Assembly (NCBI GenBank): GCA_963924565.1
Contig: OZ004608.1
Coordinates: forward strand, 25,358,001 to 25,422,000
Direction: 5' to 3'
Origin: Ascidiella aspersa
Taxonomy: Eukaryota
DNA: 64,000 bases
This document shows, in pieces, positions 49,301-63,180 of the stretch (its first letter is position 1; every line of letters starts with the position of its first letter). The notes under the pieces were generated by a model that had not been told where the DNA came from, made no database searches, and saw only the letters and a list, made by a program, of their open reading frames with translations. The position numbers and the translations under genes were made by a program.

Positions 49301-52300
49301 AGAACCACTGCATTTACCTTGAGTGGTAGACACCTCATCCCAATAGTCAATCGGTTGTTCTTTATCTTTCGGATAAGATTCGTCTGAACGATCAGCGATT
49401 ACTGGAATCAAGCAAATATATACATTAAAATGCAACAGAAAACAAGTCAAGAGTACAAAGCATGCCAGCTGGAAGCAACCCAAAAGGTCATCTAGCTAAA
49501 ATGACTTGTCGTTATGTGAAGACATGGCAGTATTTCTGTAATTTCTTTCTTTTAACTAGCAATACGATCCCAAATATTTTTTAGACAAACGACTTAAAAC
49601 ATTGTCAAATGGTGTGCACAACACTCTATTTTTTTAACGAAACATAATATTCAATTAGCGACATCCAGACGAAACTTACGCGCAGGCTGAAACAGTTTCA
49701 CGTCTTCGTGTAAGTTTTTAGGCTTCGGTGTATTTTCGACAGGCTGCTGCTGAATGTCTTCGTCGGTCAAACAAGCTTCGTCGCCTTTTGTTTCGCTCAG
49801 AAATGGATTCTTTCCTTTAACAGAAACGACATAGGCATTTTATAGTTTTCTTAACTGAGTCATTATTTTAAGTAGTAAAAGCGCTGTCAAAATTACAGTG
49901 CGATCACAGAACGCGTAAAGCTGCGCATAAGCATAAGTCTGACATATGCAGAAAAGGCATTTAGGCTTGTTATTGTTTGCATTGAAAGTTTGGCGACAAA
50001 GTAATTAGGTTTTTAAATTTAAACTACTGCCACGTTGAAAATACTTTAACTGCAAGTCGAGGTGGCGTTTTGGGGGTAAGCTAGCAGGTAGCCGTATTTA
50101 TAATTCACATTATTGATGCGTTGGTATAGAACGTCGTGTTTTTCCCTGGCTGCGGCATATGAACAATATGAGTCATACCGCGAACCGTGCTAGCCGTTAC
50201 ATCAAAAGCACAGTAAAACATTGGAGGAATGTACTTCAAAACATTTTTACGAAGTCGAATAGCTACAAGAGCGAAAAACCAATCGTTTGCGGTAATACTC
50301 AATACTCTTGTAACCTATAGTTTAATCTCTTAAATGAATAAACCAGACCCAGTGGCGCGCTTAATCATTCAATTAAAACCAACAATAGTGGCAATGTATA
50401 GTTCTATGTAATTTTAACACGACAAATTGTAAGAAAAAATATTCAATACAAAAGTACAACTATTTTTCATAACATGGCTTATTGACAGTTCTTGGTACAC
50501 CTAGGTTAAGGTTGATTGTTTTTAAATCTGCTAAAAAACAAGCTATTATCGTACACTATGTTTTACGCATTGTATGTTTTCTAAAAATAATACAAATATA
50601 TCGCAAACAGGATCAATTAAGCGTTGCAGTTTCTTTGACAACAGCACTGCAAACAAAACGCGAAAGATCACAGATGAGCGTGTGATGTACATTCGAACAT
50701 TTCAAGTCGATCGTGCCAGCAACTTGACCCACCTCTGCGGTTGTGCTTGACAGTTAGGGCGAGCATGGCTGGCCTTTGCGAAACGGCGACGGCTGCAGAT
50801 TGAGGTATGATTTTCCTTCCCTGAGAATGCGGCGATCGCTTTCCAGCCGGGCTGGCGATCTTTTTCGAAAAGGCCTGCAGAAAAAGCGTAATGAAAATGA
50901 GGCAATACGTTCGGCGGTTTTTACAACATTTTTGATTTGTATTTTAGATTGGCTACAACACTACAATAGTACAGCTGTATTGTGTAAAATCGAGTTTACT
51001 TTAGCTTGACCAAATAACTATAACTAAACGCTTGACTTTACATGCACTGCACATACCAATTACAGAAAGCTAAGATATATTTTCGGGATTTTTTTGCCTC
51101 TAATAATATTTCTTAGGGGTTTGGTGAAATGACAGGTTATCAAAAGTAAATTACAAAACCAAAGTAAGGTACAATTCTTTTGACAGCATAACGTGTCAAG
51201 TGCTATCATTAAAATTCACTTTACTAATCTACTGAATTGAACAAAAACAACTACATAAGTTGGCCATGTTTTATTTAAAAAATAAAAAAACCTACTGTTG
51301 TGTGCTTTGATGTTGCATTTAAATCTTTGGTGCCAGCATGCCTGTTATCCTCACGCTGTAGACTTGAAGGGACACTGACTGTTCTACGGTATGATGGCTG
51401 ATCAAATAAATACAAAAATTTGGCATCATCTTAAAATATACATATTGATAATTGAAAAACATTTTTTTAGGACTTCAATAAAAATTAATTGTCATAGGTT
51501 TACCACCCTAATATTTATGTTACCCAACAATATTTAGGTATTTTTTATATTTTTTTTTATGTTACCCAACAATATTTAGGCATACATTTTTTAAAACAAC
51601 TAAAATCAAATTTTACGCAGTAATTGGTAAATGTATAAGAACTATTTTAGTTATTTCACTTTGTCATCATCCTGTTGAGTAAGTTTGACAAAAATATTGA
51701 CCAACCTTATTATTGGGAATATTAGCCTTTGGTACGAGACTTTTGTAAATGCTGGTAGTTTGATCGAAACGACGTTCAGCTTCTTCTAATTCTTGTTCAG
51801 ATGCACTATTTGAATCTTGCACTTTAACAACCAGAGGCTTGCCTGCAAATAACAAATATAATTATTAAATAATTAGGACTAGATTATAATTATATCCCAA
51901 AAGTAATGATTAATATCTAGACAGGCCCCACAATTTTTTAGTCAGATTTTATTTGATTATAGATTAAAAACTAAACTTTGGTGAAAACTGATATATATTC
52001 CAAAAAGATAAATTACTGTATGGTTGTTGTGATCGCTGAAATAGTTTTTACCAAACTCTTAAACACACAATAATATAAAACAAAATCTATTTTAAAAAGA
52101 AAACGATTCAGGCAGGGAAATGGGGTACTGCTGCAGGTACTTACTCCACATGCTTTTGGACTGAATAACAGGAGAACTTGAGGTAGTGCTACCAACATTC
52201 GTGCCGAGACTTGGAAAGTCTAAATCCAACTTTCGGATACTTGCATCAACTTTTCTTTCGGCTCTTGCATAATACAGAGGACTCCATTGTGAATTTGATT

Positions 52301-55300
52301 CTGTTAACAATTGACCACTAATTTATCAATTTTTCAGACCGATAACGATATCCAATTTTGTTTTTTTGCCAACCAAACCCGATACCTATAACTATTTTAT
52401 ATATATACCCCAGGGTTTAAAGTCAAAATTTTAACTAATGAAAAAAAATTATGAAGTTCAGTTTATCTACCTATAATTAAATATTATTTTGTTTATTAAG
52501 TTGGCATGATGCTAAACAAAAAAAATTGTCAAAAATGATAAAAAAAATTTCTAGATTTTGAGGAAAAACTACATCACATTGTTGAAGTAAAATATTGATT
52601 TAGCGATATTAATATATTGGTAAAAGAAAAATATTGTTTGATATTATCAGAAAACGATATATATTGGTCTATTTTCAATATATTCAAAGGCCAGAGATCA
52701 TAAACCCTGGAATGCATACTTGAGTGGGAAGGTATCAAAGCAGCTGAATGATGATATGAAACAATTTATAAATAATTTGAGTACTAAACAGTTAATATTA
52801 AAAGAGGTTGTTGCAAGTTTGGTGTAAATAAAAAATTAAACTTACTGATAATGTCTGGTTTTGTCTTGGAAAAACGTTACCATAAGTTAAATGATAGAGA
52901 GTATGATGTCTGTACAATATAATATAATGTTGGAGCACTCACAAGTAACATTTTACACATAACTGCTGTGATGACAAAGTAATAGTTTGGCATCTTAAAG
53001 AATAGCAGGTTACATCAGGAAAATTATATAAAATTGGCAGTAAATGATTTTAACAATAATTTCCCTTAAATCACAAAAACCAAAAGATTTCTGGCACCCT
53101 AACCTCTTCTTAATTTAGGTTTATTAATATTTTTGAATGCAGGACAAAAAACATTAGAAAAAATTATTGTTGTTTAAATTTTTTTAGTTTAGATTTACTT
53201 GTCCTATATTTATATATTGGTTTATGGTGTGGTATTACTCAATGCAAACATTTTCGACAATTTAAACATAAACACAATAGGCTGCTTTTATGCATTTCGT
53301 TAGATAAAAAAATATTTAAAAACAACAATATGACAGAACATAATATTTAGCATAAAATTATATAACCTACCGGTCTGTACATTCAGACCATTTTGCGCTG
53401 GCCAGTGACCACAGTCGGCAGCATTGCTGTAAGTTGCTGCCGCTTTTTGGTCGGACCCACTCCACAAAAACTGGTTCGGACGATTCTGGGACGTTTTACC
53501 AAGGTAGCTGGACACAGTGTGGTGATCCGCTGATTTATTTTGCTTCTATAAATTTAAAAACAGTATGGCATGAAGTTTCTAGTTACCCAGATACAGAACA
53601 ACTTTTGTTATCTGAACATATATTTAATAAAATTTTGTTTTTAGCACAACAGAAAGGTAGAAAAGAGTGTTTTTTAAACTAATTGTAACTTATTGAGGTT
53701 GAGATTTTGAACTCCTCCCCTCTAGCCCAGCGTTTCCCAAACTGGGGTCTGCGGACCACATGGGGTCTGCACAACAGCTTCAGAGGGTCCGCGAAGAGAA
53801 TTAGTCTTTAAGTTTTTCTACAGCAATTTTTTTTAAATATTAGTCTATGTTTTATCTGCCATAATTAGTCTTTCATTATGCTTTAATATTTGATAATATA
53901 TCATCTCTTGTGTCTTCATAAAGCATCTATTTATTATGCTGTAATTGCACTATCAGCGAGAAAACATTGGTCAACTGCCGCTTTAATTTTTATAGGATCC
54001 CAAAATAATAAAATAATTGCAATGGGTCCACCAGGCATTTTTAGAAAAGTTTAGGGGTTTGGACCCCCCTCCTTTTCGGAAGTGACATTAACGTTTTTTG
54101 TTCGTTTTTGTCAGGGTTTACCTCACCGTCCGAGGCTGCATGTTTTTTTCAGTGTAATTGGGTCAAACGTCTTGCTAATGCGAAACCAAACTCGCAAAAC
54201 GCCTTTTTTGTTTCTTTTCTCTTTTGCCTTTAGTTATTCGTTCGGGTTGGCTGATCAGCAAGTGTGTGTTCGACAATTAATAAAAATAAATAATAGTCAA
54301 TTAAGCGGTCTCTGTAATTCATCGGGCCCGCTGCCTCTTCGACAAACTATACACAAGTCCATTTTAAATAATTTTTGAATATTTTAACTACAAATTTTCT
54401 TTTTACGTTTTGATGCTGTCTAACTAGATTAGCGCTTCTCTATCGTTGCGCCGTGGAAGGCTGCAAAGTCCGTCACGGACAAACGGAAAACGTATTCAAA
54501 AATATTGGACACATATTTTCTAACATTTATTTTATTTTCATTTTCGGCAATGTAATAAAAACTTACGAGAAATTTTTAAAAATTCTGTTTTGAAAAAAAG
54601 CTCGCCAGGTGTACACTCAGTTAAAAAGGTTAAAAAACTTAACTATATTAACTATTGAAGTGGCGTTTTTGTAGATGTTGCGCTAATCAAATAACACCGG
54701 GGAAAAGCGATCTTCGTTTAGTATTGCAGGTGGCGAAAGACGTGCTTTTAATTTAGCGTAGTCCCGTAAATGGATTTACCAAAATCGATCACATATATTT
54801 CTCCTGAAGTTAACGATTACACACTAAGCGGATACGCAGCTGGCAGGATTGTCGGCGACGCACGTGTGTGCTTTGCGTCTAAAAGTTTGCTTTTGCTGGA
54901 CGTTAATTAGCTGTTTCTGATGATATTTTTTATTATTTATGACGTCATTACAATCGCTGTTTTATGACGTCATATCTGTCACTATTTTATGCGTCATTAA
55001 CGTCAGACGGAAAAACAGCGAATTCCCAAAATTGAAAATTCGGGACCCCCATATCCCCCCCCCCCCTTTTAGAATTCCTGCATACGCCCTTGTACGCATT
55101 CAATGGCCCGGTTAAACATCTAAGGCGGCTATACTAAAATTATTTAAAAAGCACAGGGAGTTTATATTAATACTCAGTAAAACAATTATAAGGATGGAAA
55201 TTTGCAGACAGCATTTCTATATAGTTGGGTAAGTGTCATTTAGTCTGGACTAGTGCAAATTTTAGCTCTATATTGCTCATGTCAGACATGATTGGTAACT

Positions 55301-55452
55301 ATGCATACAACATAAACATAAGGTATAACAATGAACTAGAAGACAAAAGTTTTTTCAAGTATTTGCATTCAACCTACCGTTACTTTGGAATTGGTATTGA
55401 AGTTCAACCAAGCTGGTGCAAAGTCGATTGTGGCGGGAGGGGTCTTGGCCAT
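46397..55452 (-). CDS. GPBP1: Vasculin / GC-rich promoter binding protein 1 family (GPBP1/GPBP1L1-like), 10 coding exons, about 488 aa
   Basis: Exons 55378-55452, 53371-53545, 52145-52300, 51706-51842, 51296-51397, 50733-50874, 49680-49814, 49318-49401, 48746-48845, 46397-46757 (1467 nt, in phase). Motifs: MAKTPPATIDFAPAWLNF, DFPSL, SIYKSLVPK, LSSSLEAEYRLLREMGW, PLTDDEIREF, Ser/Asp-rich C-terminus. Confidence 0.9.
53728..55092. mobile_element. Nested or truncated MITE debris in a GPBP1 intron
   Basis: hAT-like left end cagcgtttcccaaactgggg at about 53728; poly-C plus gaattcctgcatacgcccttg end at about 55092. Confidence 0.45.
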
Positions 55453-56171
55453 GCTTAAGCACGGGGCATGGTAACCCCACTGCCCAGCAACCAACACTCT
55501 CTGGTTGTCCTTCGTAGGTTACAAGTTGGCTTGGTATCCAATGATAGAAAGAAGAAAACAAATGCTGGAAACTGAATGTTCTTTCTTTGTAGTGCCAGTG
55601 ACAAATCAAACTTGGCTTGTTACTTGTTAGGTAATATTTGCAGAGTATGTGTTAGGTAAGTTGATGTGGTACAGTTAAAGAAAAATTGGTTTTCTTGAAA
55701 TTTTCTGCAAAAAATCCTCACTTCAATAGTAGGTCAATAAGCAAGTTGAAGTCAGATGTAACTTGGTTCAGCTTTGCTGGACTTTATATTGTAAATGACT
55801 TTGGCAGTGTGACTCTTCAACTGTTTCAACTTCTTCTTTATTTACAAAGCTTAATAAAAGTAGTCCTTATATATTTAATAAAACTTATGTGTTTAGCAAC
55901 AGTTTTATGCAGTTAACACTTTGAAGGACAAGCCTGCCTTAACCTTACACTTGCTGAAAAACATTTAGTATAATAAGGCATAAAACCTGGAATCTAGCAA
56001 CAACACATTTACAACCACATAAAATTACAGTTACTGATTAACTTGGAAATGTATTGCACATTCCAACGAATCTAAAAAGCATAACATTTGTTTGACTAAT
56101 TTAAAAGCCTTTAAACATACAGCGCACAAAAACAAAAAAAATTGTATAACTAGAAATAAATAAATATATAC

Positions 56172-56926
56172 CAGGGTTGGACTTAAGCACTCGCCCGCTC
56201 GCCAATGCAAGTGCTGATTTAAACCCACTCGCCCGACTGGCGAGTGGATTCGGCGAAAAATTTAAGGACAACTTGTGTTAAGCACAACTACTAAGTGAAA
56301 TGTTACTTAGCGCCGGTTATTTGGTTAAACACTCAGGCGCAAAAACCATAATAAGGTTAATCGAAGTCACGTTCGAAGCTCGTAATAACGATTCTTTGTC
56401 CCGTTAAAAAATCACTTATCAGCAAACAATCAAAAGACGTGCAGTGTTAAAGAGTTATGACTTATGAGGTTGATTGTTTACCTTAAACGTTGTAAGTTTT
56501 TATTTTATTTAGTCATTAGCTGCTCAACCAGTAACTATATAGCGTTAGGCGAAATGTGTCGCTTTGTTTGTGGCGCAAAGCAACCTGTGTTAAAACTTCC
56601 TTTAAGCACAGAAAAAAACAGAATACGAAAAAAAGGGAGCGCGAGGATTTTTAGAAAAATGCAAAACAGGGTGGCTGTAGCTACTAAGTTATTAGTGTTT
56701 TATTTGCACTAACAATTGTAAAAAATATTCTGGCTAAAAAACACGTTTTTAGAACGACTTGAATTTTATAAAAAACTAATGTTTATATACGTACAGAAAC
56801 TTTAAGACAGCTTAACTATAACCCAAGAAATGACAGCGCTAGGACGAAAATTTGAACACTGCATGCCAACAAATTTGGCGAGTGTTATTTGGTCCGGGTG
56901 CAAATTTTTGCTTCGGAACAACCCTG
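56172..56926. mobile_element. MITE with CAGGGTTG termini
   Basis: CAGGGTTG / CAACCCTG; tatac on both flanks; internal actcgcc/ggcgagt palindromic motifs. Confidence 0.6.
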
Positions 56927-57530
56927 TATACAATATTTATCTATAATAAAGGCTGTAACTGAATTCAAATACTATATTAAAATCAAATATTTGAAGGCTA
57001 TTTATAAGGCTAGCTTGTTCGAAATTTTTTTAAACCTTTTAAAAATGCACCCCGAAAAACCTGAACTCCACCCCAAATATGTAAAAAGCTTGTGCGGCAA
57101 CGTTTACAGTACAATGTATGCAATAGAGAGTTCCTCCGAAAATCATAAAGTGCACCGAGATGCACTTTTTTTACCTTTGTTGCACCTGGTCACCCCAATT
57201 ATTTCGGCACTGCACCTGTGGGATATCGTCGAAATCTGCCATACTTTCCCGACTGGGTGATGGGCAACTAAAGAAAGTTTGGCAAGTGTATCAGCAGTTC
57301 TTTAACTTGCACCCTCAACAAATGACATGCACCTGGATTATCTGAATGTTATAGATAGCAGGGTGCACTTTTAAACCTTAGTTGCAATCGGCAAAACTCA
57401 TTTTTTATCGGCTGTGCACCCACAAGATATTGTTGAAATCTGGCATACTTTCCAGAAGGGGTGATTGTTAGCCACAAGTGCAAGTTTTATTTTAACTTAA
57501 CCGTGCAAAAGCTTTTAGCCCTGGCCAAAA

Positions 57531-57726
57531 ATCCTACCACAGCGTTCCAACAATTGTTAAATCAACGCACAATTTTTGTGTTAGGGTGTGGATAAGGTTT
57601 TGGTATGGTTAGGTCAAGTATTATGATATTCAGTTATATTACTTGAACCACCCAATAACAACTCTCACCCGCAACATAACACAAATATTATGCGTTGATT
57701 TACCAATTGTTGGAACAATGTAGGAC
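57531..57726. mobile_element. Small inverted-repeat MITE, followed by a hAT-like left end at about 57726
   Basis: gttccaacaattgttaaatcaacgca / tgcgttgatttaccaattgttggaac. Confidence 0.65.
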
Positions 57727-58393
57727 AGGGGTGGGCAACCTTTTTAACACGAGGGGCAGTTAGGAAATGTAATGCTTACAGAAGGGCCGCACATCAAATA
57801 AACACTAATTCATATTTTCAGTTTTTACTAGAAAAACTAATGAGCTACTATAGGCTGAAACTACGGCAGTTTTTCCAGAGCTGTCCATTGTGGATTCGGA
57901 AATAACTTTTCTATACAATTCCAATGACGCCTGTCTTGTACGAATCGGCTCAGTATAATTTAATTAACAGCCTTAATTTAAAACCATCTGTTAAATATAA
58001 CATTTCAGTCAATATGTGTGGCAAAAGTGTGTTACACCTTGACTGTACTAGACAAGTGTAATTATTGCAAAACAATTCTTTATCATAACAATGTGACACA
58101 AGTAAAACCTTATAAATGAAGATTGTTTTGTAATAGATGCTTCCCATTCGAGTTCAATTGCATTAGTATAGCGGTGCACTGTGATACTCATAGCCTTATT
58201 TCTAGGGAAAAGTAGCTGGAAGAAAGTTTTTGTCCAGGGTTTATCTTGCTAACATTACTTGGGTTATGGTGGGAGTTAGCGTTTAAGTTTGGGAGGGTCA
58301 AGTATTATTATTATACTATTTCTAACATATTGCCTTTCATTGCAACTGTAACTTTGATAACTCGTTTCGAAACTGTTAAAGTAAACGTGTTAG

Positions 58394-58487
58394 GATTCTA
58401 GACCAGCGCCGAAAATCGTGTTCATCAATGCTGTTTAGTCAAAAAGTATCTTAAATTTTTTTTTAAATGTGGCGCTGATCTAGGATC
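58394..58487. mobile_element. Tiny inverted-repeat element
   Basis: ctagaccagcgcc / ggcgctgatctag. Confidence 0.45.
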
Positions 58488-59399
58488 ATAGTACACCGTT
58501 CAAACAATTAATTGATAACTTTGGGATATAACGAACCTTAGCAAACTGCCAGTTGCAAAATAAACTTGCCAACTTAAAGGTATAATACAATACGCCGTAA
58601 ATTATTTAAAACAACACAGATAACAACGGTCATCAATCGATCAATAGCTATGCAAAAATTACTAAGATAATAAGGAGACCTAAGCTAGAAAAACTCAAGA
58701 CAGCTTCAATTTCACTAATCGGATCACCAGCTTTTCATTTCCACCATAGAATGCTTAAAAAACTTCGTTGATTCGGCAAGTTATTTTTTAGTTCATTTTT
58801 TAATTTAATTTCGAACCGTTTACCATTAAGTAACAATACCGTGATTAATGAATAAAATTAAATATCCTTAGTACAAAATAAAGTATAATTAATACGTTAG
58901 GGAAACTTGGCGCGCTAAACTATGGAAAGCCAAAGCCGCAAAAATACCACTTTATGGATTTCAATAAGAAGTATTTATTAGGCCAAGGCGCATTCTACGG
59001 TATAGCGTTGATTCACATATCAAAATTTTAAATCAAATAGCAACATTGCATTTCATTTAGCAACTTGGATTCAAACGCTTGGCGATTTACTTGTCTACTT
59101 TTTATTTTACACAGCTATTTGGTGATTGTAACGACTACTATGCAATCCATTTGTCCACTTTGTAATTCACATATCTTACTTGTGATTACCTAGACAAATT
59201 TTATTTACAACTTTCAGACATGTAATAGCAAAATAGCTTTTGAAACCACATAATAAGACCGCAACTTTAACTTTACAACGTACAAGACCTGATTTTAACG
59301 TGACAATGACACAATTGTTTTAAATTTGCGGATACGGCGCGTACAAATCAAACGACATAACGTCGAATGACATCTCTGCGTTTTTCATAACATGTTAAA

Positions 59400-60155
59400 T
59401 TGAAGAGCAACTTGGCGAATGGCATGAGAAAAGGCTAATGACTTAACAACTTGACGCTTTGCTTAGCATTTTTAGGATTTTAACACGTCAAATGAAACAA
59501 CTAATTGACGAATGGAATGGCTACTTAGCGAATCAAACAGCAACATTGCAAATGGCATAGCATGTTTACAATTTTAACAACATGTCGAATGAAACGTCTA
59601 GTTAACGATTGTAATGGCAATACTTATAATTAAATGGCTACTTCGCAATTCAAACAGCAATATTGCAAATGGCGTAGCATGTTTAGGATTTTAGCAACAT
59701 GTTAAATGAAACGTCTAGTTAACGATTGTAAGGGCAATACTTACAATTAAATGGCTACTTTGCAATTCAAGCAGCAACATGGCAAATGGCATAGCATGTT
59801 TAGGATTTTAGCAACATGTTAAATGAAACGTCTAGTTAACGATTGTAAGGGCAACTTTTCAAATGGTATGGCTGCTATGCGAATTAAACAAGTTACAACA
59901 ATATGGCAAATAGCATAGCATGTTTAGAATATTAACAACATGCCGAATGAAACGACTAGTCAACGATTGCAATGGTAATACTTGGAATGGAAGGACTGAT
60001 TTGCAAATTAAACAGCATTTTATAGACTTTAGCAACATTTCGAATGTATGCCCAACTGACCATTTTAATTGCAATATTTGCAATGGAATGGATACTTTTC
60101 GAATCAAACAGAAACATGGCAAATGGCATAGCATGTTTAGGATTTTAGCAACTAT
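59400..60155. repeat. 117-bp tandem repeat array (about 6 diverged units)
   Basis: atggctact anchor at 59517, 59634, 59751, 59868 (atggctgct); degenerate flanking units. Confidence 0.85.
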
Positions 60156-61699
60156 TATGTCGTTGGTCTTAATAGATATTTTTGTCGGTTCCCCCTTATT
60201 CTTGCTATATTACTAGTTGCCGCCTTAGGAGAAATATTCGAAGGAGAAATATTCGAATAGCTTCTGTAAATCTTTGCAGTTGCATAGTAGAGGTTAAATA
60301 TATTTACAAAGCGTTTATATTTATAAGCGTTATTGAGATTTTCAACGTTAATTCTATATCCGCCGGAATATATGTTGGAATATACATCATTGCGCCAGAA
60401 TGCATTGGCTTTAATTTGAAAGGGAACTGTACAATTATGGATCACATGTCACATCTGCCAAAATTACCACTTTCCACAAAAAGCTTATCCTGTGGCTCAG
60501 TAATGAGAAGCAAAAAACGCGTTTCCCTTAAGGTCTAACTACCAATTACTCTATAGAGGGGCATATTCAGCGCAATGAATATGTGTAAAACGAAGCATAT
60601 GCGCCAACAGTTCTTCGGAATTGTGTATAATTAATGCTGATTTTATTTTAGTTAAATTGGGTCGGTCAAAGATTGGAGGCCACTGATTAACAGAAAACCC
60701 CTGTTTAAAATCGTTCTTCCATATTTCCTTTTCTCCAACATGCGTCCTTTGCTGACTGCTGCTATATCAGCGTTAGAGCCAGCTAATCCCCAATAAAGAC
60801 GCTTACGCGCTACTTTATTGGCGAAATACCCAGCGTTGTTCATGTTAAATATGGTAGCCTATTTAAAACTTTTAGTCTTATTGGCAAAAAAGGACTACTG
60901 GAGTTATAACGGCGATGTAAATCAATTACAACTGCAGTAAGCACGATAATTGGAAAAATCTACATGAATTTGCATTGTTTAACTAAATGAACAATCCAGC
61001 ACGCTGTGGGCTCTTAAGCACTATTATGCATTCGTCGCAATAACTTGCAATATTCCTGCTGTTGAAGTACACTTTATGTGTGCTTAAACAGATTTCAACC
61101 AGTGCCATTTCGTTCGCTTTGTAACGACGTCATACCAAAACAGGCAAAAGAGTACGTAAAAGATACAATCTTATTTTGTACAAAAAATACCTATAACTGT
61201 CAATCGTTGTTAAATCAGCAGACGTGATATTTCATCAAAATGATTGTTTCTATGATTTTTCGCGGCGAATGTCGCGCTTTCATAAATTGTTTCATTGCGA
61301 CTTTCATTCAAAGCGTTACAACTAGAGCTAGTTATTTTCAAAATCTCAAGCTTAGTTACTAAGCTTGCGTCCCCCCAAATTCAAATGCGGCACTGGAATT
61401 CGTTCTTAATTTGTATTGAAATTCTCTGCGTAACAGTAAAAACAGAACAAATTAAATTCTTCGTCTTCGTAATATAAATTTCTTATAAAATTTTGCGTTT
61501 TGCTTAAACAATGCGAAATTATTATATAGAATAAAAAGTAATAATGTTTTGTGTTGTGTCTTAAGTAATTCGACTAAATCTCTCCATATTTTTCCTTAGA
61601 CCGACAACATACTAGTATAGCTTATCTCACTTCCCTATCCTTGTCTTGGTTAGTCCTCATTTACTTTAGTATGGTCATTGGAACACGAACGCCTAATTA

Positions 61700-63180
61700 T
61701 AATTAGAAGGCGGTTAGCTTTTCGCATGCACTTCGAGACGAATTCACTTCTTAAGTCGCTTAACATTCGTCAGGAGTTCTTAATCCATTGCCCCTGCCAC
61801 GGTTTCGGCCGTCGCGCATGCCAGACCAAAATATTTTTTTGACATCCTGTCCGGTGTCTTTTTGATAGCCATATGCCCGGATATTATGGAAGCATGGGCA
61901 GCCTGAATGACGCTATTTTTTAGCTAACTTGTCTCATCCTTTCTCTCGTTTTGTGATTCGGTTGCTGCAACTTTCGGTTTAGCAGTCCGCCTTTCCACAA
62001 ATTCGGTTACTTGTTCCCCTTTAACCGCTCCGCCCGTTGCGTCCCTTAACTTAATGATTGTCGTGTCTTCTCTCTGTGCCTTTTCGAACTGGTCCTTATC
62101 TTCAAAAGGCCAATCGTTAGGCTACCTGTGGTTTTACTTATCCTTCTTATGTCTCTATGAAAACGAGTTGGGCAGCATTTGGCCTGTGCTACATTTCCGG
62201 TTAAACATGCGGTCGAGCTAAAGATTCTCACCGGCCTTGTTGGCACTGCCGTGAATTGCAATTGTTGGCTAGATCAGGGGTCGGCAACCTTTTTTACACT
62301 GCGGACCGGTTAAAAACTTGAAATTTTGTCGCGGACCGGCCTTAAAAATAACAAATATCCAGTAAAGGAAATTTACAACAATTTTTTTCAATGACCTAAT
62401 TAAAATGCATGCGGTTTTCGAAAATTGTTTATAAGCATTGTTTGCATGATTTGATTCTATTGCACTTTGGGGTGGGCATGCTTGAACATCAATAACAAAT
62501 TATATATGATCCGTTTTCGATATATTGTGTGTACGAGGAGTTAAATTTTACAATAAAAATGCATTTTTGGATGTTGTAAACGTGGTATGTAGGCTAACTC
62601 ATATGGTCACCTCACGAGTGCTTGATACTTGGGATTTTTTTTATAATACCTAATCAACCAGAAAGTATATTTCAACGAAAGTTGATGTGTTTTGAATATA
62701 AAAATACATTTAATAGATTTTTAGTGTTTTTTGTTTTTTTTACGGCTTTGTATGTACGGTTTGAGTTTTGATCAAAATTTTAATCTCGCAACCCTGCTAC
62801 GGACCGGTAACGAACTCCTCGCGGACCGGCGGTTGCCGACCAGTGGGCTAGATGTCCTACCTTGTTGCGATATAAAGCACCTTCTCTCCAGCCTGTTGTC
62901 AGCCTTATACCCCAATTCTTTGAGTTATGTCCGACTTCCTGACAGCCAGAACAGAATTCGCGCAAATCACCTTGCCGAATGTCCTGGGCCAACTCACGGT
63001 TTTCCGCCGCCGGAAACTGCTAATCAACACTCGTTATAGAATCCAACGACTTCGGTGCCTGTTTCTTCAGGTAAGTCGACAACTGTTTGGGAAACGACTT
63101 TATAAAATGCTATTTGACGAATAGCTCTTTCACATCGCCCCCAGTCATAAGTCCGATAATCCAATGATGTAACTTTATGA
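61700..63180 (-). mobile_element. Decayed Ty3/gypsy LTR retrotransposon fragment (SCAN-like gag, zinc knuckle, integrase zinc-binding region); boundaries approximate
   Basis: HFIKSFPKQLSTYLKKQAPKSL; CSGCQEVGHNSKNW; FEKAQREDTTIIKLR; VIQAAHASIISGHMAIKKTPDRMSKKYF/WSGMRD (frameshifted). Confidence 0.7.
62275..62845. mobile_element. hAT MITE inserted into the gypsy remnant
   Basis: TIRs CAGGGGTCGGCAACC / GGTTGCCGACCAGTG; perfect TSD ggctagat; gcggaccgg subterminal motifs. Confidence 0.9.

Noticed and set aside
24959-51580. Short local duplications (24959-24995, 33557-33594, 36616-36669, 39020-39080, 51516-51580)
   Set aside because: Two-copy slippage duplications with no array or spacer structure
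59400-60155. CRISPR-like array or prokaryotic system
   Set aside because: Whole units repeat with no unique spacers; the window is spliceosomal eukaryotic DNA with no cas-like genes
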